Positions 22,914-32,936 of a DNA stretch of 64,000 bases are shown here, one piece after another. This stretch comes from Anaeromyxobacter sp. (GTDB lineage: Bacteria; Myxococcota; Myxococcia; Myxococcales; Anaeromyxobacteraceae). Position numbers and translations under genes: made by a program. The DNA is taken from contig JASGJN010000019.1 in the NCBI GenBank assembly GCA_049840735.1, forward strand, positions 1 through 64,000, read 5' to 3'. How positions within the stretch are numbered: position 1 is the first letter of the stretch; every line of letters starts with the position of its first letter. The notes under the pieces were generated by a model. The model did not search any database. It was given only the letters and a program-made list of their open reading frames with translations, and was not told the DNA's origin.

Positions 22914-24448
22914 ATGACGCAAGCCGAGACGAATCCGCTCCGCGCGGGGTTGGTGAGCGAAAGAAAACCGGGGCCTTGTGTGGTGGTGATCTTCGGCGCG
23001 TCCGGAGACCTCACGAAGCGCAAGCTGGTACCCGCGATCCTTCTCGCTGTTCGAAGAAGGCTCGTTGCCCGAGTCGTTCGCAGTGCTGGGTTTCGCGCGC
23101 AAGGAGCTCGATGACGCGAGCTTCCGCGCCGAAATGAAAGAAGGCTGCGAGAAGTTCGCGCGCCGCAAACCGAACGCGGAGACGTGGGCGAAGTTCGAAA
23201 AGAAGCTCCACTACATGGAGGGCTCGTACGAAGACGCCGCGAGCTACCGCGCGTTGGACGAGCGTTTGAAGAAGCTCGACGGCGAGCACGGCACCGGCGG
23301 CAATCGCATCTTCTATCTCTCGACGCCGCCTTCGAACTTCGCGCCGGTGGTGAAGCAGCTCGGCGACGCGAAGCTGGTGTCGCCGGGTCAGCCGAAGCCG
23401 TTCCGCCGGGTGATCATCGAGAAGCCGTTCGGCGTTGACCTTGATTCAGCGAAAGCGCTCAACCGTGAAGTGCTCTCGGTGCTCGACGAGCAGTCGGTGT
23501 ACCGAATCGATCACTACCTCGGCAAAGAGACGGTGCAGAACCTGATGGTGCTCCGTTTCGCGAACGGTCTGTTCGAACCGTTGTGGAGCAGCCGCTACGT
23601 CGACCACGTTCAAATCACCGGCGCAGAGAGCATCGGCATCGAAGGCCGCGGCGGTTACTTCGAACAGGCCGGCATTCTGCGCGACATGGTGCAGAACCAT
23701 CTGTTCCAGGTGCTCGCGATCACCGCGATGGAGCCGCCGGTGTCGATGAGCGCTGACGATCTGCGCGATGAAAAAGTGAAGGTGCTGAAGGCGCTGCGGC
23801 CAATCCGCCGATGGGCGCTTCGACGACTTCGTGGTGCGCGGGCAGTACTCGAAGGGTTCGGTCTCGGGCCGTCAGCAGATCGCGTATCGCGAAGAAAAAG
23901 GCGTCGACCCGAAGAGCAATCGCGAAACCTACGTCGCGCTGAAGCTGTTCATCGACAACTGGCGCTGGGCGGGCGTGCCTTTCTACCTGCGCTCCGGGAA
24001 GGCGATGCCGAAGAAGGTCACCGAGGTCGCGCTCGTGTTCCGCGAAGCGCCGATGCAGTTGTTCGGCCGCAGCGGCGGGCAGGGCCCGAACGTGCTCGCG
24101 ATTCGCATTCAGCCTGACGAAGGCGTGTCGCTGCGTTTCGGCGCGAAGGTGCCGGGCAACACGATGGACATTCAGCCGGTGAACATGGAGTTCCGCTACG
24201 GCACGTCGTTCGGTGTCGAACCGCCTGAAGCGTACGAACGCCTGCTGCTCGACTGCATGGTCGGCGGCGACCAGGCGCTGTTCACGCGCGGTGACGAAGT
24301 CGAAGCGTCGTGGAAGTTCATCTCGCGCATTCATCAGGCGTGGGAATCGGCAAACACGGAGATTGCGAAGTACGAGGCCGGCACCGGGGCCCGGAAGAAG
24401 CGCAACCGCATGCTCGCGCGCGATGGTCATCAGTGGAGGCACCCGTGA
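22914..24448 (+). CDS. zwf: Glucose-6-phosphate 1-dehydrogenase; frameshifts at ~23040 and ~23810
   Basis: [62 protein letters not shown] and AYERLLLD. Confidence 0.96.
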
Positions 24449-25378
24449 CCGAAACCGCGGAGCGCTTCACGCGACACGAAGCGATTGGCGTCGACGTCGC
24501 GGCCATCGAGCGCGAGCTGGCCGCGTTGTGGCGTGAAGCGGCGCACGGCACGACCGCGGTGATGCGCGCGTGCTCGTGGAATCTGGTGGTAATGACGACT
24601 CCGGAGCAGTCGGCGCGCGCGAAGACGCTCGCTGACGTGATGGTCGAGATCGTTCCGTCGCGCACGTTGATGATCAACGAGCAGAAGACCGGCGACGACC
24701 TTCACGCGTACGTGAGCGCGAACTGCCGGTTGCTCCCCGGCGGCGGGAAGATGCTGTGCACCGAGATATCACCCTCGAAGCCGCGGGTACGGGTGCTGAT
24801 GCACTGCCGTCGCTCGTTCGTGCGCTGCTGGTGCCCGACATTTCGACGGCCGTGCTGTGCGCGGGAATTCCTCCTGAATGCCCGCTGATTTCTGAGCTGG
24901 TCACGCGTTCACGTCGCGTCATCGTCGATTCGCGCGGAGTCGATGTCGAAGGGTTCGAAGCGTTCGGCCGCCGCGTGATCGATCTCGCGTGGCTGCGCAT
25001 CGCTCCGTGGCAGCAGGTGCTCATCGCAGCGTGGGATCAGGCGCGCTTCGACGGTGAAGTGAGCGTGCGTGTTCCCGCGGGTGATGCGAGTGAAGGCCGC
25101 TGGCTCGCGACGTGGCTCGGCACGCGTCTGAAGCGTGAGGTGCACGTCGAACACGGTGAAGCCGCCGTGCTCGTTGGCAAACGTGTCATCGCCCTGCCCT
25201 CCTTGCAGCTCGACGATCGCGCGCTCATCACCGCGGCCCTCGCGACCGGCGTGGTGAGTGATGCGTACGCACTCGCGCGCGATACGTGGCGCACCTCGGG
25301 CCGGCGCGGCATCACCAGCAACTGGGCTGACTTCAAACAGCGCTTCATCGACGCGGCGCACACCGCCATCACAAGGCG
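24445..25378 (+). CDS. opcA: G6PD assembly protein OpcA, running without a stop into a probable 6-phosphogluconolactonase N-terminus that is cut off at the junction; frameshift at ~24768
   Basis: GTG overlaps the zwf stop; IERELAALW, RAC..NLVV, PSR, C.E.I.L, LPSLVRALLVPD, R.IVDS and DLAWLR..PW. Confidence 0.8.
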
Positions 25379-25380
25379 AT
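25370..25380. other. Sequence junction between two unrelated segments
   Basis: The opcA/pgl-like frame ends mid-gene and a mid-gene tssC frame begins; codon usage and GC change downstream. Confidence 0.8.
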
Positions 25381-25906
25381 GGGCGAGGTGCAGTCGAAGA
25401 TCCCGACCGAGATCCTCCTCACCGAGCGCCGCGAGTACGAGCTCTCGGAGCAGGGGCTCATCGGTCTCACCTACAAGAAGGACACGGATAGTGCGTGCTT
25501 CTTCTCCGCCAACTCGGCGCAGCGCCCCAAGACCTTCGCCAACACCGCGGAAGGCAAGGCAGCGGAGACCAACTTCCGCCTGGGCACGCAGCTCCCGTAC
25601 ATGTTCATCATGACGCGCCTGGCACACTACGTGAAGGTGCTCCAGCGCGAGCAGCTGGGCAGCTGGAAGGAGCGCGGCCAGCTCGAGCGGGAGCTGAACG
25701 CGTGGATGAGTCAGTACGTCGCGGACATGGACGACCCGGCCCCCTCGGTCCGCTCCGCGCGGCCGCTGCGCCAGGCCGAGGTGAAGGTGGAAGATGTCCC
25801 GGGCCAGCCGGGCTGGTATCGTTGTAGCCTGAAAGTGCGCCCGCACTTCAAGTTCATGGGCGCGTCGTTCACGCTGTCACTGGTGGGCAAGCTCGACAAG
25901 GAATGA
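25379..25906 (+). CDS. tssC: T6SS contractile sheath large subunit, C-terminal fragment only
   Basis: KIPTEI....RREYELSEQG.I.L......ACFFSANS.Q, QLPYMF...RLAHYVKVLQREQLGSWKE, RPLR.A.V.V...PG.PGWY...RPHF...LSLVGKLD. Confidence 0.93.
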   Translation: MGEVQSKIPTEILLTERREYELSEQGLIGLTYKKDTDSACFFSANSAQRPKTFANTAEGKAAETNFRLGTQLPYMFIMTRLAHYVKVLQREQLGSWKERGQLERELNAWMSQYVADMDDPAPSVRSARPLRQAEVKVEDVPGQPGWYRCSLKVRPHFKFMGASFTLSLVGKLDKE

Positions 25907-25982
25907 AGCGACGCCGCAGGGGCGGCGGACCGGCGCGAGGCTGCGACGGCAACTTTTCCGGACAGTGAAGTGAGGTGGCGCA

Positions 25983-26468
25983 ATGGCCGAGACAATTCAC
26001 CTGACGCTGAAGATCAACGGCAACGCGATCAAGGGCGAGAGCACCCAGAACAGCATGGGGCGCGCCGACACGATCGAGTGCATCTCCTACGAGCAGTCGG
26101 TCCACTCCGCGCGCGAGGCCGCGACCGGCATGGTCACCGGCCGCCGCCAGTTCAGCCCGCTCAAGATCGTGAAGCGCATCGACAAGAGCTCCCCGCTCCT
26201 GCTCAAGGCGCTGAGCCTGAACGAGAAGGTGGAGGGCGTCTTCAAGTTCTACCGCCCGAACCCCACCGGCGACGGCACCACCGAGATGTTCTACACGGCG
26301 GAGATCAAGGAGGGGAACATCGCCTCCGTGAAGCAGCTCGTCCCCACCACCATCCGGCCGGAGACCGCGGGCGAGCCGCCGCAGGAGGAGATCACGTTCG
26401 TGTTCAGGACCATCACCTGGACGTTCTCGAACGGCGGCGTCACCCACACCGACAGCTGGTCCGGGTAG
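25983..26468 (+). CDS. hcp: T6SS tube protein Hcp/TssD
   Basis: IKGES, TGRRQFSPLKIVKRIDKSSPLL, FYRP and EEITFVF..ITW motifs; 161 aa. Confidence 0.95.
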   Translation: MAETIHLTLKINGNAIKGESTQNSMGRADTIECISYEQSVHSAREAATGMVTGRRQFSPLKIVKRIDKSSPLLLKALSLNEKVEGVFKFYRPNPTGDGTTEMFYTAEIKEGNIASVKQLVPTTIRPETAGEPPQEEITFVFRTITWTFSNGGVTHTDSWSG

Positions 26469-26476
26469 CGGCGCCT

Positions 26477-26525
26477 GCGGGGAGGCCCGCGACGCGCCGC
26501 GCGCGCGCCGCGGGTCCCTTCCCGC
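26477..26525 (+). terminator. Imperfect GC-rich hairpin after hcp
   Basis: GCGGGGAGGCCCGCG ... CGCGGGTCCCTTCCCGC, directly before the tssE RBS. Confidence 0.35.
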
Positions 26526-26536
26526 CGGGAGGTCAC

Positions 26537-26917
26537 GTGCCAGGCCGCGGGCTCATGGCCAAGCTGTCGGGGGCGGGCTCCACGGGGGACATCGAGTCCA
26601 TCGTGAGCCACCTGCGCGCCCTGCTCAACACGCGGCAGGGGGCGGCGCCGTGCTCGCCCGGCTACGGCGTGATGGACCTGGCGGACGTGGTGCACGCCTT
26701 CCCCTCCGCCGGCCCGCAGCTGGCGCGGGCCATCCGCGCCACCATCCTGGAGTTCGAGCCGCGGCTCCGGAACGTCAACGTCCGCCACGTGTCGGACGAG
26801 CAGGGGCTGGTGCTGCGCTTCGAGATCAGCGGCCAGCTGGCGCAGAGCAAGACCGCCCGGACGCTCCGCTTCGCGACCACCGTCAGCCCGGGCGGGCGAT
26901 TCGACGTGGCCGGGTGA
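26537..26917 (+). CDS. tssE: T6SS baseplate subunit TssE (gp25-like)
   Basis: SIVSHLRALLNTRQG.....GYG..DL and I..FEPRL..V.V; GGAGG RBS before GTG. Confidence 0.9.
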   Translation: MPGRGLMAKLSGAGSTGDIESIVSHLRALLNTRQGAAPCSPGYGVMDLADVVHAFPSAGPQLARAIRATILEFEPRLRNVNVRHVSDEQGLVLRFEISGQLAQSKTARTLRFATTVSPGGRFDVAG

Positions 26918-26924
26918 GCGCGCG

Positions 26925-28672
26925 ATGTTCTCGAAGCACTACCAGTCCGAGCTGCAGTTCCTCCGCGCCATGGGCAAGGAGTTCGCCGCCGCCTATCCGT
27001 CGGCGGCTGGCCTGCTGGCCGATCGCGGCGGGGACCCCGACGTGGAGCGGCTGCTGGAGGGGTTCGCCTTCCTCTCCGCGCGCGTCCGCGAGCGGCTGGA
27101 CGACGCCGTCCCCGAGCTGATCCACCACCTGGCGGAGGTGCTGGCGCCGCAGGTGATCCGCCCATCCCCGCCGCCACCGTGGTCGAGTTCCAGCCGCTGC
27201 CCGGCGCGCTGCGCGCCCGGCAGACGGTGCCGGCCGGCGCCGAGCTGGGCTCCGCGCCGGTGGACGGCGTGAGCTGCCGCTTCCGCACCACCGCGCCGCT
27301 CGACCTGGTGCCGGTGACGGTGCAGGACGCGGCCCTCGACCAGGCCATCGGCGCCTCGCCGGCGGTGCGGCTCTCGCTGCAGTGCCCGGCGGCGGCGCTG
27401 CCCACCGTGCTGCACGACGACGGGCTCCGCTTCTTCATCCAGGGCGACCTGCCGCTCGCCTCCACCGTGCTGCTCTGGCTGGCGCGCCACCTGGCCGACG
27501 TCCGGCTCCGGGCCCCCGCCTCCGGCAAGGTGATCTCGCTGGGCGCCCGCGCGGTGCACTTCCCGGGCTTCGGCCCGGAGCTGCCGCTCCTGCCCTGGCC
27601 GGCGCTGGCGCCGGCCGGCTACCGGCCGCTGCTGGAGTTCTTCGCGCTGCCGCAGAAGTTCCTCTTCTTCGACGTGCGCGGGCTGGGCGCCGCCCGGGCG
27701 GCCTTCGCCGAGGAGAAGCTGGAGCTGGTCCTCCAGTTCTCCCGCCCGCCCGAGCTGCCCGGCCGGATCGGCCGCGACCTGTTCCGCGTGAACTGCGCCC
27801 CGGTGGTGAACCTGTTCTCGGCCACCGGCGATCCCATCCGCGTGACCGCGCCGGGCGAGGAGCACCTGCTCCGCGCGTCCGGCCTGGAGCCGCGCCAGGC
27901 CGAGGTCTACACCGTGGACGCCGTCACCGGCGCGCCGGACGCCGCCGGGCGCCGCCGCGAGTACCCGGCCTTCGCCAGCTTCGCCCACGGGCTGGCGCGC
28001 CCCGGCGCCGGCTACCACCGGGTCCGGCTGCAGCGGTCGGTGCTGGACGACGGGCTCGACACCTGGCTCACGGTGATGACGCCGCGCGACGGCGGCCCCG
28101 GCCCGGCGGAGGAGATCCTCTCCACCGAGCTGACCTGCACCAACCGGTCGCTGGCCGGCCGGCTGAAGCTGGGCGACGTGAACGTCTCCACCCAGACCTC
28201 GCCCACCGTGGCCCGGTTCAGGAACGTCCTCCCCGTCACCTACCCGGCGCGCCCGCCGCTGGGCGGGGATCTCCAGTGGCGGCTGCTCTCGCACCTGGCC
28301 GCGAGCCGCGCCTCGCTGGGCCGGGTGGAGGTGCTCCGCACGGCGCTGGAGCTCTACAACTTCCCCGCGCTGGCCGACCAGAACGCCGGGCGCGCCAACC
28401 AGCTCCGGGTGGACGGCGTGCGCGAGGTGGAGGCCGTCCCCACCCACCGGCTGGTGCGCGGCGCCTCGGTCTCCGGGGTCCGCTTCCGGCTGGTGCTGGA
28501 CGAGCAGCACTTCGCCGGCCCCGGCGACGCCTTCATGTTCGGCGGCGTGCTGGACGCCTTCCTGGGCGCCCACGCCCCCATGAACACCTTCGTCGAGCTC
28601 TCGGTCAGGCTCGAGCCCTCGCTGCGCGAGTACACCTGGGCGCCCCGCAGCGGGGCGAGGCCGCTGCTGTGA
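26925..28672 (+). CDS. tssF: T6SS baseplate subunit TssF; frameshift at ~27168
   Basis: YQSEL.FLR..G.EFA..YP, DPDVERLLEGFAFL, CRFRT, GYR.LLEFFALPQKFLFFD, NCAPVVNLF, LTCTNR and WRLLSHL. Confidence 0.93.
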
Positions 28673-29727
28673 GCGACGGGCTCCCGCCCGCCCCGGCCAC
28701 CGCGCCCGGCCCCACGCCGGAGGAGCGCGAGCGCGCCGCGCGCGTCGAGGCCGCACGGCGGCAGGGCTTCGTGCCGCTGCTGCTCCTGCTGGACCGGCTC
28801 TCGCCCGGCGCGCTGGACGTGGGCGGCGAGGCCGCGCCCGAGGCGGAGCGGATCCGCTTCCGCCACGATCCCTCGCTGGCCTTCGCCCCCAGCGACGTGG
28901 TGGCGGTGAAGGAGCGGTCCGGCCCGGAGGAGGCGCAGCCGCGCTGGGACATCACCACCACCTTCCTGGGCGTGACCGGCACCGTCTCGCCGCTGCCGCC
29001 CTACCTGGCCGAGGAGGTGGCGCAGGAGGATCCGGCGGAGCAGCGCAACCGCGCCTTCCTGGATCTCTTCCACCACCGCGCCATCTCCTTCCTGGCCCGC
29101 GGGCTGCTCGCCTACGACCCCGCGGCGGCCCACGGCGCCGGCTCGCACGACCCCTGGTCGGGGCGGCTGCTCTCCTGGCTCGGGCTGGACGGCCCGCTCG
29201 ACGGCGAGGCCGCGGCCGAGCTGGGGCTCTCCGACGCCGCCGCCCGCGCCGTGCTGCTCCGCGCCTCGGCGCTGCTGGCCGAGCGCGCCCTGACCGCCGA
29301 CGGCCTGGAAGCGCTCCTCAATGACGCCATGCGCGAGGAGCTGGGGCCGGAGGGGCGCATCACGGTGGAGCAGTTCGTGGGCGCGTGGCTGCCCATCCCG
29401 CCCGACGACCGGACCAGGCTGGGCCAGGTGGCCAGCGGGCTGGGCACCTCCATGGTGCTCGGCTCGCGCGTCTTCGACCGCAGCTGCAGAATCGACGTGG
29501 TGGTGGGGCCGCTCGATCGCGGCGGCTACCAGCACTTCGCGCTGGACCTGTCGGTGCAGGGGCGGCTGCGGGCGGTGATCGCCCACGTCACGCGCGGTGA
29601 CGTCGCCTACGACCTCGTCCTGGTGCTGGCGCCCGACGCCGCGCCGCCGGCGCAGCTCGGCGCCGCCCGGCTCGGGCGCGACGCGTGGCTGGGCCGGCAG
29701 GCGGCCCTGGCGCGGGTCCGGGTCTGA
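28669..29727 (+). CDS. tssG: T6SS baseplate subunit TssG
   Basis: IRFRHDPSLAFAPSDV, FLG.TG..SPLP.Y, AFLDLFHHR and EQFVG.W...LG....LG; GTG overlaps the tssF stop. Confidence 0.92.
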   Translation: MSDGLPPAPATAPGPTPEERERAARVEAARRQGFVPLLLLLDRLSPGALDVGGEAAPEAERIRFRHDPSLAFAPSDVVAVKERSGPEEAQPRWDITTTFLGVTGTVSPLPPYLAEEVAQEDPAEQRNRAFLDLFHHRAISFLARGLLAYDPAAAHGAGSHDPWSGRLLSWLGLDGPLDGEAAAELGLSDAAARAVLLRASALLAERALTADGLEALLNDAMREELGPEGRITVEQFVGAWLPIPPDDRTRLGQVASGLGTSMVLGSRVFDRSCRIDVVVGPLDRGGYQHFALDLSVQGRLRAVIAHVTRGDVAYDLVLVLAPDAAPPAQLGAARLGRDAWLGRQAALARVRV

Positions 29728-29747
29728 CCAGGCGGGAGCGTTCGCAC

Positions 29748-30794
29748 GTGGGCCACCCCAACCTCGAGAACCGGACGCCGTACGCCTTCGAGCCCGTCTT
29801 CGTCTCCGACGAGGAGGGCCGGCCGCTGCTGGTCGCGGCGGTGAAGGGCACCTGGGACCTGGGCCCGGCCGTCCCGGCGCTGGCGGAGGAGCAGGCGCCG
29901 CTGGAGCTGGCCGGCGTGCCGCACGGCGAGGACCCCGCCAGCTCCAGCTGGAGGTACGAGCCCGAGGGCGGCTGGCTCAAGCCGGCCACCGACGTGGTGC
30001 TGGTGGGCAGCGCCGTCGCCCCGCGGCCGCGCACCGCCGAGCTGCTGGTGGCGCTGCAGGTGGGCGCGCTGCGCAAGGGCGTGCGGGTGCTGGGGGATCG
30101 CGCCTTCTACCGGTCGGTGGCGTCGGTGGGCATGACCGCGCCGGTCCCCTTCGAGCGGATCCCGCTGCAGTGGGAGCGCGCCTTCGGCGGCTGGGACCGC
30201 TCCAGCCCGGACGAGCGGAGGCACACCTGCGAGTTCCGCAACCCGGTCGGCCAGGCCTTCCGCGCCGGCGGCGCGCGCTTCGAGGACGGCGTCCGCTGCC
30301 CCAACCTCGAGGACCCGGCCCGCCCGTTCAAGGGCTGGGGCGACGCCCCGCCGCCGGCCGGCTTCGGCTTCGTCTCGCCGGACTGGGAGCCGCGGCGCAG
30401 GCTGGCCGGCACCTACGACCAGCGCTGGGAGGAGGAGCGGGCGCCGCTCCTGCCGCGCGACTTCTCGCGCCGCTTCCTCTCCGCGGCCTCCGCCGGGCTG
30501 GTGGCACCCGGCTACCTGCGCGGCGACGAGCCGGTGGCCGTGGCCGGGGTGACGGCGCAGGGGGGCCTGACCTTCAAGCTGCCAGGCTTCGAGCCGCCCA
30601 GGGTGAAGGTGATCCGGCGCAACGCCGCCGACGGGACCATCGCCACCCAGCTCGACACCGTCATCATCGACACCGACGCCATGAAGCTCTTCCTGATCTG
30701 GAAGGGCGAGGTGGTGCTGCAGCGCGAGCCGACCGAGGTGCAGTCGCTGGAGATCACGCAGGCCGGCGGGCCGGCCGCCCGGGACGCGGCGTAG
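29748..30794 (+). CDS. DUF2169 family T6SS accessory/adaptor protein
   Basis: N.TP...VKGTW, K.ATDVVL.G.A, V.GDR, WERAFGG, NPVG, PN.EDP, PAGFG...W.PR...AGTYD..W, LP.DF, L.G.E and LDTV.ID. Confidence 0.92.
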   Translation: MGHPNLENRTPYAFEPVFVSDEEGRPLLVAAVKGTWDLGPAVPALAEEQAPLELAGVPHGEDPASSSWRYEPEGGWLKPATDVVLVGSAVAPRPRTAELLVALQVGALRKGVRVLGDRAFYRSVASVGMTAPVPFERIPLQWERAFGGWDRSSPDERRHTCEFRNPVGQAFRAGGARFEDGVRCPNLEDPARPFKGWGDAPPPAGFGFVSPDWEPRRRLAGTYDQRWEEERAPLLPRDFSRRFLSAASAGLVAPGYLRGDEPVAVAGVTAQGGLTFKLPGFEPPRVKVIRRNAADGTIATQLDTVIIDTDAMKLFLIWKGEVVLQREPTEVQSLEITQAGGPAARDAA

Positions 30795-30811
30795 CGAGAG
30801 GAGCGAGGACG

Positions 30812-31276
30812 ATGCCTTCCAGCGTGGGCGTGAACAAGCTCTCCATCGTCAACGCCGACACCAACGGCGTGACGATCGCCTTCCCCGACGTGTGCAAGAC
30901 CCCGAGCCCCGGCGGCCCGGTGCCCATCCCCTACCCGAACATCGCCAAGTCCTCCGACACGTCCAAGGGGACCAAGAAGGTGAAGGTGGAGGGAAAGCCG
31001 GTCTGCATCCAGGGCTCGACCTTCGCCATGTCCACCGGCGACGAGGCCGGCACCGCCGGCGGCGGCGTCGCGTCCAACAAGATCAAGGGGCCGGCCGAGT
31101 TCGTGAACTACTCCTTCGACGTGCAGCTGGAGGGGAAGGGGGCGGCGCGGTCGTTCGACCTGATGCTGCACAACCAGAAGAACACGCCGCCCTTCCCGGT
31201 GCTGCAGGGGCCGGTGATCGCGATCGGGAAGATGAAGGGCACGGAGAAGTGCCTGGTCTGCGAGAAGGAGCTCTAG
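30812..31276 (+). CDS. DUF4150 PAAR-like spike-tip protein
   Basis: FPDVCKTPSPGGPVPIPYPN, S.GDEAGT.GG.V.S and SFDV..EG....R..D...N..N. Confidence 0.93.
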   Translation: MPSSVGVNKLSIVNADTNGVTIAFPDVCKTPSPGGPVPIPYPNIAKSSDTSKGTKKVKVEGKPVCIQGSTFAMSTGDEAGTAGGGVASNKIKGPAEFVNYSFDVQLEGKGAARSFDLMLHNQKNTPPFPVLQGPVIAIGKMKGTEKCLVCEKEL

Positions 31277-31279
31277 GCC

Positions 31280-31777
31280 ATGGCCCAGCGCGCGCGGAAG
31301 CCCGAGGTGCACCTGCTGGAGCGCGCGGCCGCCGCACCGGCGGTGGGCCGCGTGGTGTCGTTCGAGCGGGGCGTGGTCCGGGTGGAGCACGCCGGCCACA
31401 CCGGCGGCCCGCTCCGCGCCCGCACCTCGGCGGCGCTGGACGACGCCGCGCTGCAGGCCGCGGCGCACGGTCAGCAGGAGGCGCTGCTCGTGTTCGAGGG
31501 CGGCGACCCCGCCCGGCCGGTGGTGGTGGCGTTGCTCCGCTCCGAGACGCCGCTCACCGACGCGCTGCTGGCCGGCCCGCTCCCGCGCGCCGGGAAGACG
31601 GCGCGGCTGGACGGGAAGCGGGTGGAGCTGGAAGGGCAGGACGAGGTGGTCCTGAGGTGCGGGAAGGCCAGCCTCACGCTCCGGCGCGATGGCAAGGTGG
31701 TGCTGCGCGGGGTGAACGTGGTGACCCAGGCCGATCAGGTGCACAAGGTCAGGGGTGGAAAGGTGCAGATCAACTGA
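31280..31777 (+). CDS. DUF6484-type protein with VgrG-tip-like C-terminal beta strands
   Basis: LL.FE.GDP.RPVVV..L followed by E...EVVLRCGKASLTLRRDGKV.LRG........V.GG.V.IN. Confidence 0.8.
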   Translation: MAQRARKPEVHLLERAAAAPAVGRVVSFERGVVRVEHAGHTGGPLRARTSAALDDAALQAAAHGQQEALLVFEGGDPARPVVVALLRSETPLTDALLAGPLPRAGKTARLDGKRVELEGQDEVVLRCGKASLTLRRDGKVVLRGVNVVTQADQVHKVRGGKVQIN

Positions 31778-31802
31778 GGCTCGAGGCACCAGCGAACCAG
31801 CC

Positions 31803-32936
31803 ATGGCCCATTCCCAGGGCGCACTCCCGATCACCGGCATCGGCCTCGCGTCGAGCCTCGGCGTCGATGCCGTGGGCGCCTGCGCGGCCGCGCGGGCCGG
31901 GATCACCCGCGTCTCCGAGGGGGACGGCGCGTTCGTGGTGCTCGACCGCGAGGCCTTCAGCGTGGTCCCGGTCGCCGGCATGCCGGTGGGCAAGCTCACC
32001 ACGGGATTCGCCGAGCTGGGGCGCTGGGTGCGCCTCGGCGGGCTGGGGCTGGGAGATCTGCTGCGCCGCCACCCGCTCACCCCGGCCGAGCTGGCCGAGA
32101 CGGCGGTCCTGCTGGCGCTCCCGGGCGATCACCTGCTCACCGCCGCGGCCGCGCTCCGCAAGCAGCGAGGGGCTCCGGCGGAGCCAGGTGGCCCGACCTA
32201 TCAGGAGCTCGTCCCCTACTATCGCAGCGAGCTGCCCGCCAAGCTGTTCCGCGCGGTGAGCCGGCCGGCGCCGGCGCATGCCGAGGTCTTCTTCGAGGAC
32301 GAGCCGGGCTTCCTGCGGGCGCTGGTGCGGGCGCGCCAGCTGCTCGAGGAGCGCAGGGTGAGGCGCTGCCTGGTGGGCGGCATCGACTCGCTGCTCGAGC
32401 GGTCGTGGCTCGACGCAGCGTTCGAGCTGGGGCTCCTCAAGACCGCCACTCGTCCCACCGGGTTCATGCCCGGCGAAGCGGCCGCGTTCCTGCTGCTCGA
32501 GGGGGAGACAGAGGCACGGCGGGCGGAGCGGCCGGTGCTGGCGCGGCTGGAGGGGATCGAGGGGCGGCCCGAGGCTGAACGCGGGAAGGTGGTCGGCTCG
32601 AGAGGACGCGCGCTGGCGGAGCTCATCGGGGCCTCGCTGCGTCAGGCCTCTCGCCCCTGCAGCGGCTTCTACTGCAATCTCAACGGTGACTCCGGCCGCG
32701 CCCAGGAGTGGGGCTTCGCGCTGGTGCGCTTGCCGCAGGAGGCGCACCCGGCCGCCACCTTGCTACCGACGCTCTCCTTCGGCGAGACGCGCAGCGCCTT
32801 CGGTCCGCTCGCCGCCTGCATGGCCGTCCGCGCCTTCGCGCGCAAGTACGCACCTTCCGACTCGCTCCTGGTCTGGCTCGCCTCCGAGGCGGGCGGGCGC
32901 GGGAGCTTCGTCGTCACGCGGGAGCGCCGAGCATGA
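31803..32936 (+). CDS. Beta-ketoacyl-synthase/thiolase-like T6SS adaptor #1 (PRK06147-like)
   Basis: TG.G..SSLG......AAARAGI.R, LVGG.DSL, GF.PGEAAAF.LL, NG...RA.EW and SFGE; stop overlaps the toxin start (ATGA). Confidence 0.82.
   Translation: MAHSQGALPITGIGLASSLGVDAVGACAAARAGITRVSEGDGAFVVLDREAFSVVPVAGMPVGKLTTGFAELGRWVRLGGLGLGDLLRRHPLTPAELAETAVLLALPGDHLLTAAAALRKQRGAPAEPGGPTYQELVPYYRSELPAKLFRAVSRPAPAHAEVFFEDEPGFLRALVRARQLLEERRVRRCLVGGIDSLLERSWLDAAFELGLLKTATRPTGFMPGEAAAFLLLEGETEARRAERPVLARLEGIEGRPEAERGKVVGSRGRALAELIGASLRQASRPCSGFYCNLNGDSGRAQEWGFALVRLPQEAHPAATLLPTLSFGETRSAFGPLAACMAVRAFARKYAPSDSLLVWLASEAGGRGSFVVTRERRA

Noticed and set aside
25370..25380. T6SS island integrated at an att site
   Set aside because: No integrase, tRNA, IS ends or target duplication, and both flanking genes are cut mid-frame
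31803..32936. Ketosynthase-like genes as a PKS or fatty-acid cluster
   Set aside because: No catalytic Cys motif and no ACP/AT genes; both are coupled to toxins
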